Origin: Thermoplasmata archaeon
GTDB lineage: Archaea; Thermoplasmatota; E2; UBA202; JdFR-43
NCBI GenBank assembly: GCA_021162065.1
Contig: JAGGZK010000042.1
Coordinates: 506 to 64,505 of the forward strand
Reading direction: 5' to 3'
Length of the DNA stretch: 64,000 nt
A program made the position numbers and the translations under genes. Under the pieces are notes generated by a model. The model did not search any database. It had not been told where the DNA came from and worked only from the letters and a program-made list of their open reading frames with translations. Position 1 is the stretch's first letter, and each line of letters begins with the position of its first letter. Shown one piece after another: positions 9,242 to 18,587 of the stretch.

Positions 9242-10430
9242 GCAGGAAGAGGTAACTACTCTCCATGAAATAAACATAAAAAGGGAAAATATCCTGAGCA
9301 AGGTGGAGGAGATATCGCAGGAAAGAAGGATATCCATCATAATGCCCATGCTTTACTCCGAATTGAAGAACGATGCCATAAAAAATATAATGAAGGGGCT
9401 GGGCAAGCTGAGATTTCACGGGGATATAATAATACCGCTATCGGCAAAAAATGAACATGAATTTGAGCATGTGAAGAAATTTTTTTCCGGCATGAAACAG
9501 GAGCATTACATAATATGGTGCAATGGCCCAAGGATAACAAGTTTTCTCGAGGATTTGAAGGAGGAAGGGATAAAGGCGATAAAGTATGAAGGTAAGGGAA
9601 GGGATGTGTGGATTGCCATGGGTGTGGCGACTCTCAACTCCTACGCCATAGCATTTCACGATGCGGATATAAGAACATACGACGAGATGATTCCCGCCAA
9701 ACTTCTCTTTCCCATACTCGAACCCAAACTGGATTTCAAATTCAGCAAGGGATATTATGCCAGAGTGAATCTGGAGACGGGAACCATATACGGGAGAGTT
9801 TTCCGCCTGTTTCTTCATCCTCTGCTCAAGGCTCTGGAGAATGAGATAGGTTATGAGCCCGATTTCCTGAATTTTCTGAGGGGCTTCAGGTATCCTCTGG
9901 CTGGGGAGTTTGCCATGACAAAGGATGTTGCCATAGACGTGGATATGCCGGGGGACTGGGGGATAGAGATAGGGGTGCTTGCCGAGATATACAGGAATGT
10001 GGCGAGAAAAAGAATCTGTCAGGTTGATCTCGGCATGTATGAGCACAAGCACCAGATTATGGGGGATAGAGAGAAGGGGCTCATAAGGATGGTGAGAGAT
10101 ATATTCAAAACCCTGCTGAGGGTACTGATTGAGGAGGACCACATCCAGGTATCGGAGGCGTTTCTTACCTCCCTGAGCGTCATATATCAGAGAGTTGCTC
10201 AGGACGCCATAAGGCAGTATCATGCAGACGCCATATTCAACTCCCTCAATTATGATAGGCATGAAGAGGAGAGCATGATGGAGAAGTTCAGCCGTCATAT
10301 TCTTGATGCGGGAATGGAATATCTGAGAAAGCCGATTGGCTCAAGGATACCGGATTGGCTGAGAACCATATCCGCAAAGAGAAAGGTGAGAGAGGAACTT
10401 TTTGAAATAGTGGTGGAAGAGAATGAGTGA
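9231..10430 (+). CDS. Retaining GT-A glycosyltransferase resembling mannosyl-3-phosphoglycerate synthase (MpgS, GT55-like)
   Basis: The motif order matches P. horikoshii MpgS: IMPMLYSE / GKGRDVWIAMGVA / FHDADIRTYDEMIP (DxD) / GEFAMTKDV...GWGIEIGVLAEI. Remembered alignment only. Confidence 0.5.
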   Translation: MDIKQEEVTTLHEINIKRENILSKVEEISQERRISIIMPMLYSELKNDAIKNIMKGLGKLRFHGDIIIPLSAKNEHEFEHVKKFFSGMKQEHYIIWCNGPRITSFLEDLKEEGIKAIKYEGKGRDVWIAMGVATLNSYAIAFHDADIRTYDEMIPAKLLFPILEPKLDFKFSKGYYARVNLETGTIYGRVFRLFLHPLLKALENEIGYEPDFLNFLRGFRYPLAGEFAMTKDVAIDVDMPGDWGIEIGVLAEIYRNVARKRICQVDLGMYEHKHQIMGDREKGLIRMVRDIFKTLLRVLIEEDHIQVSEAFLTSLSVIYQRVAQDAIRQYHADAIFNSLNYDRHEEESMMEKFSRHILDAGMEYLRKPIGSRIPDWLRTISAKRKVREELFEIVVEENE

Positions 10431-11601
10431 TTCAGAAAAGGCAGATATAGTTGTGGGAATTTTATGCAAAAATGTTGAGGCAACAATACTTCATGTTATG
10501 AATGTGGTGAACGATGGGTTGCACAGATACTTTTCAGAACACAAAAAGGCGATGGTGGTGAGCGACGGCTATTCTTCAGACAGAACAAAGGAACTGGCGG
10601 AACTGTTTCAACCCTATGAAGGAGTGAAGAAGATAATAACTTACGACAGGGAGCGGGGGGGAAAGGGCGGAGGGGTGAAAACCGTCCTTGCCATTGCGCA
10701 ACAGATGGATGCGAAGGTTGTCATTCTGCTTGATGGCGATTTGCTCAGCATAAGGCCCGAGTGGATATATGAGCTGGCAGCTCCCATTTTATATGGGCGT
10801 GCGGATTTGATGGTTCCATACTACATAAGGGACAAATATGATGGGGTGATAACCAATAACCTGGTATATCCATTCACCCGGGCATTATATGGTATAGACA
10901 TAAGACAACCCATCGCAGGAGAGTATGGGTTATCGAAGAAACTTTACGAGATGCTTCTCTCCCATCCTCTTTTTCCTCTGGATTTTGGGGTGGATATATT
11001 TATTGTCACCTCAGCGGCAGCCAGCAGAATGAGGATAATGGAGGGCATATTTTCCCTAAAAATTCATGAGTCCACGACCCATTATCTGGAGCCGGAGGAG
11101 TTGCTTCTTCCCATGTTCAGACAGGTTACTGGCACCATGTTCAAACTTGCGGAATATTATGAAGATTTCTGGAGAAATAACGGAAGCATATTTCATCACA
11201 ATACTGTGAACGAGTTCAACGGAAAAAAGCCGGTTCCGGTGAGAATAGATATGGAGAGGATGCGGAATTCTTTCAGAGAAGAATTTCTGAGATGGCAGGG
11301 AATAATAAAAAAAATTCTCCCGGAAGGAATAATGAAAAGGCTTGGTGATATGGACGGCGGGACGATAAAAAATCTTGACAGCGGCACCTGGGCGGAGATT
11401 GTGTATAACTTTGCCGCCGCTTATAAAAAAGCGGAGGAGAAGGAGAAAATCCTAGATGCCCTCAAAAGTCTATGGCTCGGTAGATTTCTCAGCTATGCCA
11501 TGGAAACGGAGAAGATGGACCTGATGGATGCGGAAAGGTTGATACAGGAACAGGCAAGAATATTTGAGGAAAAAAGGGAGTATCTTTTATCCATATACTG
11601 A
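10423..11601 (+). CDS. Glucosyl-3-phosphoglycerate synthase-like GT-A glycosyltransferase (GpgS, GT81-like)
   Basis: VGILCKNVEATI, GKGGGVKTVLAIAQQMDAKVVILLDGDL (DxD) and AGEYGLSKKLYEML...FGVDIFIV parallel mycobacterial GpgS blocks (PALNEEATI, GKGEALW...FIDSDL, SGEYAASRELL...YGVEIGLLID). Confidence 0.5.
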   Translation: MSDSEKADIVVGILCKNVEATILHVMNVVNDGLHRYFSEHKKAMVVSDGYSSDRTKELAELFQPYEGVKKIITYDRERGGKGGGVKTVLAIAQQMDAKVVILLDGDLLSIRPEWIYELAAPILYGRADLMVPYYIRDKYDGVITNNLVYPFTRALYGIDIRQPIAGEYGLSKKLYEMLLSHPLFPLDFGVDIFIVTSAAASRMRIMEGIFSLKIHESTTHYLEPEELLLPMFRQVTGTMFKLAEYYEDFWRNNGSIFHHNTVNEFNGKKPVPVRIDMERMRNSFREEFLRWQGIIKKILPEGIMKRLGDMDGGTIKNLDSGTWAEIVYNFAAAYKKAEEKEKILDALKSLWLGRFLSYAMETEKMDLMDAERLIQEQARIFEEKREYLLSIY

Positions 11602-11633
11602 TGAAAGTAGGGGCATTCTCCTGTAAAAATGAG

Positions 11634-11648
11634 AAATTTATATAAAAT
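11634..11648 (+). promoter_or_regulatory. Putative TATA box/BRE for the beta-helix surface protein gene, followed by a GGTGA Shine-Dalgarno near 11692
   Basis: AAATTTATATAAAAT about 55-65 bp upstream of the ATG at 11702. GAGAGGTGAAAAG sits immediately before the start. Confidence 0.3.
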
Positions 11649-11701
11649 ATTTTTTTATTTGAGGAAAAAAGATATTTAAAATAGCTGAGAGAGGTGAAAA
11701 G

Positions 11702-13693
11702 ATGAAGAAAATTTTAGTGTTTGGAATGATGTTGGTGTTTCTTATTGCTCTAAGAAGCAATGCCAACGGGGCACCGAGCACTGTATATGTTGATGATGAC
11801 TGGGCCGGGCTGCCAAACGGAACCGTGGTCAGCGGGCATATCATCGGCACCGATGCCTTTGCCTCCATCCAGGATGCGGTGAATGCTGTTGCAAGTGGAG
11901 GCACCGTATATGTCTGGAATGGAACATATAATGAGAATATAGACGTGACGAAGAGCGTTAGCATCATAGGCAATGAATCAGCAAGTTGTATAGTAAAGGC
12001 GGCGGATAATGCTGATTCTGTTTTTTGGGTGAATGCAGACCAGGTCACTATATCTGGACTTAATATCACAGGTGGAAGCAGAGGAGTTTTATTGCGTAGC
12101 GATACAGATTACTGCAACGTCTCCAATAACATCCTGTATAACAATGGATGGGGCATTGGAGTATTTGGTATAATTGGAGGAAGCACAACACTCTCTTACA
12201 TGGCCGATCATAATGTAATAATGAACAACACCATTTCACATAATGAGGAAGGAATATGGATGTATAAAGCCCAGTATAACAAGATAAAAGGAAACATAAT
12301 TTCATATAATACAAACAGGGGAATACACATGGATACCTACTCGAGATATAATTTGATAATCAATAATTACATCAGAAACAATCAATATGGAATCAGAATC
12401 GAAGATTCAACACCAACATCTATAGATAACCAGATATACAATAATTGTATTTATCACAATACTTATAACGCCAATGACACCTGCAGCAACATATGGAGTA
12501 TCTCAAAAACTGCAGGTCCCAATATAGTCGGTGGCCCATGGTTGGGCGGCAACTATTGGGGAGACTATGTGGGGACTGACGTCGATGGTGACGGAATAGG
12601 AGACACCCCATATACCATTCCCGATGGAGATAATCAAGATCAGTTCCCGTTAACAACTTCAATTTCCAATGTTAATAAGAACAAGTATTATCTCACGATA
12701 CAGGATGCAATAGATGATGCAAATGATGGCGAGATTGTTGTGGTTCATGACGGAGTTTACAGGGAAAATGTGAATATTGACAAAAGCATCACTCTGAAAA
12801 ATGGCTCAAAGCCGGTTATAGATGGAATGGGTGACATTGCAATAAATATCACCGCCAATAATGTGACCATAGAAGGATTTAACATAACCAACTCAAGTTG
12901 TGGTATAAAGTGCATCACCTCCGGCCTCCACATTCTCAACAATACACTCTACAACTGCAGTTATGGCATTGTTTTACTGCATTCCGACCACAATTACGTT
13001 TACAACAATAATATAAGTGGCGTGATTGCAGAGGATGCATGCGGCATTTATCTAGATTATGTGAACGATAGTACGTTCATAAACAACAGCATATTTGATT
13101 ACAGAATGGTTACAGGAAGCGCATGCGGCATCTATCTCGGATATTCCAGCAACAACACCTTTGATGGCGTATATATCCATAAACTGGATCTTGCAGTCCA
13201 GGTCGACTATGGAATATATATGAAAGAGGCAAATAATAATGCTCTTGAGGGCATCGAAATATGTGATTTGCATGGAGAATATGGATATGGAATCTATATC
13301 CAGAATTCGGATAACAATACCTTCAACGATTCGTATATTCATGACATAGATTCAACAGAGGGATATGCATTTTACTCCGACGAATGGGGCAGCAACAATT
13401 CTATATACAATATGACCGTCGCCAGTTATCTAACAACCATCTCCTTCACATACGGCAATGGAATCGCCCTGAATGGCGTGGACAATCCACATTCATCAAC
13501 TATGGCTTCTATACGCAAGTATGTGGAAATATATAACATGACCACAAACTCCTGGATAAATCTCACCATCAATTACACCGATGATGATGCTTACGGTGTA
13601 ACTGAGGAAACCATTGGCCTTTATCACTGGAACGAAACCACAGAAACATGGGAGGAAGTGGAGGCAAACCTGGACACAACCAGAACAGAATAA
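11702..13693 (+). CDS. Secreted right-handed parallel beta-helix repeat (NosD/pectate-lyase-like) protein
   Basis: Signal peptide MKKILVFGMMLVFLIALRSNANGAP. Many 20-25-aa repeats with N/G/I periodicity (NNTISHNEEGIWMY, NIISYNTNRGIHMD, IRNNQYGIRIED). 663 aa. Confidence 0.6.
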   Translation: MKKILVFGMMLVFLIALRSNANGAPSTVYVDDDWAGLPNGTVVSGHIIGTDAFASIQDAVNAVASGGTVYVWNGTYNENIDVTKSVSIIGNESASCIVKAADNADSVFWVNADQVTISGLNITGGSRGVLLRSDTDYCNVSNNILYNNGWGIGVFGIIGGSTTLSYMADHNVIMNNTISHNEEGIWMYKAQYNKIKGNIISYNTNRGIHMDTYSRYNLIINNYIRNNQYGIRIEDSTPTSIDNQIYNNCIYHNTYNANDTCSNIWSISKTAGPNIVGGPWLGGNYWGDYVGTDVDGDGIGDTPYTIPDGDNQDQFPLTTSISNVNKNKYYLTIQDAIDDANDGEIVVVHDGVYRENVNIDKSITLKNGSKPVIDGMGDIAINITANNVTIEGFNITNSSCGIKCITSGLHILNNTLYNCSYGIVLLHSDHNYVYNNNISGVIAEDACGIYLDYVNDSTFINNSIFDYRMVTGSACGIYLGYSSNNTFDGVYIHKLDLAVQVDYGIYMKEANNNALEGIEICDLHGEYGYGIYIQNSDNNTFNDSYIHDIDSTEGYAFYSDEWGSNNSIYNMTVASYLTTISFTYGNGIALNGVDNPHSSTMASIRKYVEIYNMTTNSWINLTINYTDDDAYGVTEETIGLYHWNETTETWEEVEANLDTTRTE

Positions 13694-14256
13694 ATGCAAA
13701 CCTCACATCCTTCAGCGAGTATGGAGTGTTTGCCACGGAAATGAATGTGAGCATCCATCTCTTCAATCCATGGAATCTGATAACGGTGCCGGTAAATGTC
13801 TCGCTTACTGCAAAATCTCTGGCGGAATTGATAGACGGATGCATGGTGATAACCCGATGGGATGCGGAAAAGCAGCGCTATTATGATTACATTGTCGGCA
13901 TAGATACCCCGGGCAACCCTGACTTTGATATAGAAGATGGCATTGCCTATTTTGTTGGTGTGAAATATCCCACATGGCTCAACATGACCGGGCAGCCCAT
14001 AGAGAACATAAGCATTGCATTGAAGCCGGGCTTAGATGCCATAGGATGGACCGATGCTGGCATAACAACGGCAGAAGATTTCGGAGGAAACATAGATAGC
14101 TGTGTTTACGTTGTCAAATGGAATGAGACATCGCAGGAATTTGAGACGCATATGGTTGGCACGGTGCCCAACAATAACTTTGCCATGGAGACAGGTAGGG
14201 GTGTATTCGTCTACATAGAGGGAAGCAGCGACGTGATGTGGTACGGCGGGAGATAA
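13648..14256 (+). CDS. Hypothetical protein, possibly the C-terminal domain of the preceding beta-helix protein separated by a frameshift
   Basis: Overlaps the 11702 ORF by 46 bp in another frame. It has no signal peptide but carries a WNETSQEFE motif that echoes WNETTETWEE at the end of the upstream ORF. Alternative start MNVS at 13741. Confidence 0.4.
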   Translation: MGGSGGKPGHNQNRINANLTSFSEYGVFATEMNVSIHLFNPWNLITVPVNVSLTAKSLAELIDGCMVITRWDAEKQRYYDYIVGIDTPGNPDFDIEDGIAYFVGVKYPTWLNMTGQPIENISIALKPGLDAIGWTDAGITTAEDFGGNIDSCVYVVKWNETSQEFETHMVGTVPNNNFAMETGRGVFVYIEGSSDVMWYGGR

Positions 14257-14334
14257 CCGCCCTCTCTCCCTTTCTTTTGATTTTTAACTAATTTTAACTG
14301 GCAAACCTTTATTTCTACCTTTCCTTTTATTTCC

Positions 14335-15066
14335 ATGATACCTCCGTCCCACCCGAGATATGAAAGTTTGATGCTAAGGAACAGAATCGCCGAGGGGGTG
14401 GAGAAGGGCATAGTTCATCCCACTGGTTTGATTGCCCATGGCAGGGGGGAAGCATTTGATTACCTCATAGGGGAAAAAACACAGCCCTTCGCCGAAAAAG
14501 CCATCGTGGCTGCTGCCGCCTATTTAAAAATGGCAGAGCATCCCGTCATCTCTGTAAATGGAAACACGGCGGTGCTTTCAGGAAGGGAAATTGTGGAACT
14601 TGCACAGGCCAGCAATGCAATAATCGAGGTAAATCTTTTTCACAGGAGTGGGGAGAGGATAAAAAAAATAATCAATCTTTTGAGGGGATTTGGCGGGGAG
14701 AAAATACTGGGAATGGAGGGGGATGCAAGGATAGAAGGGATAGAGCATGACAGGGCCATATGCAGCAGGGAAGGCATATACTCCGCGGATGTCATCCTTG
14801 TGCCTCTGGAGGATGGAGACAGATGTGAGGCCTTGAAGAAAATGGGAAAGATTGTACTCACCATAGACCTCAACCCTCTCTCCAGAACCGCAAGGACGGC
14901 GGATGTCACCATAGTGGATAATATAGTCAGGGCAATACCTCTAATAAAAAAGTTTTATCTGGAGATGGAGAGGCCGGATGAGGTTATAGAAAAATGGGAC
15001 AATGCCAACAATCTAAAGGAGGCGTTGCATTTCATATCCAGAAGGTTGCAGGAGATGGAATTATAA
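14335..15066 (+). CDS. Archaeal 4-phosphopantoate--beta-alanine ligase (phosphopantothenate synthetase, DUF137/COG1701)-like
   Basis: 243 aa. The HPTGLIAHGRGEAFDYLIGE block resembles the conserved motif of archaeal PPS. Assigned from memory without a search. Confidence 0.45.
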   Translation: MIPPSHPRYESLMLRNRIAEGVEKGIVHPTGLIAHGRGEAFDYLIGEKTQPFAEKAIVAAAAYLKMAEHPVISVNGNTAVLSGREIVELAQASNAIIEVNLFHRSGERIKKIINLLRGFGGEKILGMEGDARIEGIEHDRAICSREGIYSADVILVPLEDGDRCEALKKMGKIVLTIDLNPLSRTARTADVTIVDNIVRAIPLIKKFYLEMERPDEVIEKWDNANNLKEALHFISRRLQEMEL

Positions 15067-15068
15067 AT

Positions 15069-16217
15069 TTATGAACCCTGCTTTTCAGAACTCTCGCCCC
15101 GATATACAATTTTGAGGAGAGGGGGCGTAATGAGTGAAGAAACTATAACAAGAAGTATTGTGGATGCCAGCACCTGATGCGCCAGAGCATCGTTGAATAT
15201 TTTCATGGACATCTCTATGGTTACCACCACCAGCGCCACCTCCATACGGGGCATCATCCCTACTCCAACGGCAAGTGCATCTCTCGCCCTGAATCCACAG
15301 ACCTTTGCCCCAGCAGAGCATCCTATTATTTTTCCCATGAGGGCCATGGGTATGAATAGGAGGACGAGTTTGCCCATATCTCCAAGGGCGTTGAAATCGA
15401 AGGAGGCCCCCACCCATATGAAAAACAGGGGAATGAGAAAAACCTCTCCCATCTGTCGCATGAAGTCATCTATTCTCCTCCTCTGCGGCAAATTGCTGAA
15501 TATGAGCCCGGCAAAGAAGGCGCCCGTCACCGCCGCCAGTCCGAGGTCAACAGCCACAGCAGAGAAGATGAAGGCGAAGGCAATGGCGGCGGTGAGCATG
15601 AGGCGGGGTATTCCTATTTTTATCCCCCTCATTCTTCTTATTATAAGCACGGCCGCCATGAATATCAGGAAGAAGATGAAAATCTTGAATATGAGCATTG
15701 CTGGCTCTCCCTGTCCCAGCGTGATGGAAAGCACAACTATGCCGAGAACATCATCCAGCACCGCCACGGTGAGAATCAACTCCCCCACCTTGGAATGGAG
15801 GGCATGCATTTCCATTAAAGTGCGCACTGTAATGCCCACGCTGGTGGCCACCATTATGTTCCCTATGGCGATACTCGTCCTTATATCATAGCCTAGAATA
15901 TGTCCTGCTATCACTCCAAAGAGAAAGGCTATGCTTACGTCGAAAAGTGACGTGAGCAGCCCCTTTTTTCCGGCAGTCTTTATCTCATCCACTCCTATTT
16001 CCAAACCGGAGATGAAAAGGAGAAGAATTATGCCCATCTCTCCCAGTCCTTCTGTTACGGGAGATAGATACTTCATTCCGAAGAGTTTCCCTGCTATAAA
16101 GGGTCCCACCACTATACCTGTCAGAATTTCCCCTATCACGGCTGGCTGCTTCAGCTTCTCGAACGCGAAACCCAGTATCTTTGCCAGTAGTAGTGCTACA
16201 CCTATCTCCAGTAACAT
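15069..16217 (-). CDS. Monovalent cation:proton antiporter-2 (Kef/NapA-type) membrane protein
   Basis: MLLEIGVALLLAKILGFAFEKLKQPAVIGEILTGIVVGP N-terminus and about 12 TM helices. No fused RCK/TrkA domain. Confidence 0.8.
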   Translation of the reverse strand: MLLEIGVALLLAKILGFAFEKLKQPAVIGEILTGIVVGPFIAGKLFGMKYLSPVTEGLGEMGIILLLFISGLEIGVDEIKTAGKKGLLTSLFDVSIAFLFGVIAGHILGYDIRTSIAIGNIMVATSVGITVRTLMEMHALHSKVGELILTVAVLDDVLGIVVLSITLGQGEPAMLIFKIFIFFLIFMAAVLIIRRMRGIKIGIPRLMLTAAIAFAFIFSAVAVDLGLAAVTGAFFAGLIFSNLPQRRRIDDFMRQMGEVFLIPLFFIWVGASFDFNALGDMGKLVLLFIPMALMGKIIGCSAGAKVCGFRARDALAVGVGMMPRMEVALVVVTIEMSMKIFNDALAHQVLASTILLVIVSSLITPPLLKIVYRGESSEKQGS

Positions 16218-16693
16218 TATCTCTTCCCCAGCAGTATCTGAAGGATATAATGAACGGTGATTTCCCCCATTATTTCATCGTTTTCCACAACAGGGCAGCG
16301 TCTCACCCGGGCATTCACCATTCTCATGAGCACATTACCAATGGTTTCATCGGGGGAACAGGTGATGAGTTGCTTATGCATTATATCCGATGCCCTCCTG
16401 GCGGTGCCGTATTGGAGGGAGATGGAATATTTTTTTCCGAAAACGTATTTGGGCAGTCTGGTGGGGGATATGAGGCGGAGAATATCGCTTTCCGTTATTA
16501 TCCCGCAGAGCTTTTTTCCTCCTCTTTTTTCCACAACCCATACATGATCGCGGGATGTGAGAATGCTGAGAACTGTTTCGATATCCGCATCCTTTTCCAC
16601 CATGGGAAGGTTCCACATCTGCTTGTCATCAAGTATATCTCTCACCTTCTTTTCATGAAGCTCCTGGAGATTCACAATGTGATATCTTTTCAT
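16217..16693 (-). CDS. CBS domain pair protein
   Basis: Two CBS motifs (VRDIL...VVEKRGGKKLCGIITESDILR and ASDIMH...CPVVENDEIMGEITVHYIL). The stop abuts the start codon of the antiporter gene. Confidence 0.75.
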   Translation of the reverse strand: MKRYHIVNLQELHEKKVRDILDDKQMWNLPMVEKDADIETVLSILTSRDHVWVVEKRGGKKLCGIITESDILRLISPTRLPKYVFGKKYSISLQYGTARRASDIMHKQLITCSPDETIGNVLMRMVNARVRRCPVVENDEIMGEITVHYILQILLGKR

Positions 16694-16753
16694 GAGTTAA
16701 ATTTTTCTGTAAATTTATGAATACAAATTTAAATTCCCTCCCCTTTTCTTTTT

Positions 16754-18214
16754 ATGAAATTCGACCTGCGATGCAGCATTCAACTGAGCAGAGATGCTGA
16801 CGACATCAGAGAAGAATTCAGAAAATTTATGGGGGGTATCAAAATAGATGCGGAACTGGAATGGGAGATAAATGGCGATATGCTTCTATTGCATATTGTT
16901 TCCACAGATAGAAGGAGCCATGAATGGGCGCTCCGCCTTTATAAAAAACTCGCTCCCTTCTTCGGTAAAAACAAGATTGGGATGAGGGGCATACATGTGG
17001 ACAGATACGAGGTGGAGTTTGAACTGGAGAGGGAGGCAATCAAACCCGTTGCAATCCCCTTTGCCACTGTTGAAATCGATGGCAAAATGGCAAGAATTCT
17101 CATTGAGGATAAGGGCGAGGAGTTCATACGTCAGAATTATGTGGACAGGATGGTGAGGAGGATAAGGGAGAAGGTGGAGCATCAGTACTATGAGGGAAAG
17201 AAGGAATACTGGCATCTCATATGGCAAAGCGAGGAAAAGGAGGCAAAGTGGAATAAGGATCCATCTGAGGAACTGCAGAGAAGGGGATGGATCAAACTCA
17301 TGGGGAAGGGCAGATGGTTCTATTTTCCGCCCGCCGCCGCTATAATGAGGGCAATGGAAAGGATTGCCATAGAGAATGTGGTTAGGCCGCTGGGTTTTAA
17401 GGAAGTGATAGAGCCCATGCACGTTACCTTCGACACTTGGATAAAGACGGGGCATCTGGAGGGGATGCCCGGGGAGATTTACTACATATGTGAGCCTGAG
17501 AGCAGGGAAAGGGAAGAGTGGGAGCGCTTCGTGGATTTACTTAAGATAACCAGGAAGGTGGATGAGGAGGAGCTGCTGAAACACCTGAAGCCGCCCAGGG
17601 AAGGGGTGTGCTATGCCCAGTGTCCGAATATATATACTGCTCTTGCGGGAAAAACACTGGCGGAGAAAAATCTTCCCCTCCTAATATTTGACCGCTCTAC
17701 GCCTTCCGATAGATATGAGGCGGGAGGGAAGCATGGCATAGAGAGGGTGGATGAGTTTCACCGTATAGAGATTGTTTATATAGGCACGGAGGAGCAACTC
17801 AGGGAGATAAGGGAGGAATTGATGGAGAGATATTCCCATGTTTTCAATAAAATTCTGGACCTGGAATGGAGAATGGCCAGAGTGACGCCCTTCTACCTCC
17901 AGCAAGCGGGCATAGATGGGGAGGAGAAGGAGGAAATCAAGGGAACGATAGATTTCGAGGCATGGCTTCCGTATCGGGGAGATAGAAGCAAAGAGTGGCT
18001 GGAGATACAGAATGTTTCCATTGTTGGGGATAAATATACGAAGGCATTCAACATAAAGGGGCAGAAGAGCGAGTTATGGAGCGGATGCTCCGGCATAGGG
18101 CTGGAAAGATGGATGGTGGCCTTTCTTGCCCAAAAAGGAATGGAGCCCGATGAGTGGCCGGATGGCTTCAAAAAATACCTGCCGGAGTTGCCAGAAATGC
18201 CGGAATTCCTCTGA
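16754..18214 (+). CDS. serS: Methanogen-type (atypical, zinc-dependent) seryl-tRNA synthetase
   Basis: Close match to the Methanosarcina barkeri atypical SerRS throughout: MKF.L...I.LS N-terminus, VCYAQCP, VFDRS..S.RYE.GG.HGIERVDEFHRIEIV.IGT, FQNVSI.GDKY.K.FN.K, and the class II motif 3 WSGCSGIGLERW. Confidence 0.85.
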   Translation: MKFDLRCSIQLSRDADDIREEFRKFMGGIKIDAELEWEINGDMLLLHIVSTDRRSHEWALRLYKKLAPFFGKNKIGMRGIHVDRYEVEFELEREAIKPVAIPFATVEIDGKMARILIEDKGEEFIRQNYVDRMVRRIREKVEHQYYEGKKEYWHLIWQSEEKEAKWNKDPSEELQRRGWIKLMGKGRWFYFPPAAAIMRAMERIAIENVVRPLGFKEVIEPMHVTFDTWIKTGHLEGMPGEIYYICEPESREREEWERFVDLLKITRKVDEEELLKHLKPPREGVCYAQCPNIYTALAGKTLAEKNLPLLIFDRSTPSDRYEAGGKHGIERVDEFHRIEIVYIGTEEQLREIREELMERYSHVFNKILDLEWRMARVTPFYLQQAGIDGEEKEEIKGTIDFEAWLPYRGDRSKEWLEIQNVSIVGDKYTKAFNIKGQKSELWSGCSGIGLERWMVAFLAQKGMEPDEWPDGFKKYLPELPEMPEFL

Positions 18215-18275
18215 AGCACTCCACTCCTTTAACATTCCGATATCTTCTTATATGAAATGGATAATAACCATTTAT

Positions 18276-18587
18276 ATGGAAGAAGGCGAGATGGAACAGC
18301 GAGCTCCACTGCCCAATAAAAGCAATGGAGAGATATTTGCTGTTGTGGAGCAGCACATGGGGGGAGGCAGACTGCGCATAATATGCGAGGACGGCAAGGC
18401 CAGAATGGCGAGGATACCGGGCAAAATAAGGAAAAGGAAGTGGATAAAGGTTGGAGATTTACTCATAGTTAAACCGTGGGATTTTCAGGATGAAAAGGCA
18501 GATGTGATATACCGATATACCCCCACCCAGGTATCCAATCTCGCCAGAAGGAATTTAATTCCCGAAAGTTTAAGCGTGTTCATATGA
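18276..18587 (+). CDS. eif1a: Translation initiation factor 1A (aIF-1A)
   Basis: EIFAVVEQHMGGGRLRIICEDGKARMARIPGKIRKRKWIKVGDLLIVKPWDFQDEKADVIYRY is the canonical a/eIF1A OB-fold signature. The start is trimmed to the in-frame ATG at 18276 because the track ORF runs back into serS. Confidence 0.85.
   Translation: MEEGEMEQRAPLPNKSNGEIFAVVEQHMGGGRLRIICEDGKARMARIPGKIRKRKWIKVGDLLIVKPWDFQDEKADVIYRYTPTQVSNLARRNLIPESLSVFI

Noticed and set aside
9438-10298. 286-aa ORF on the minus strand, and similar long antisense ORFs (4849..5610 -, 15193..15891 +, 19099..19962 -, 22624..23301 -, 54170..55153 +, 62212..62937 +)
   Set aside because: Each is opposite a gene with clear family signatures and itself has no motifs. 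These are shadow ORFs that appear on the strand opposite real genes.
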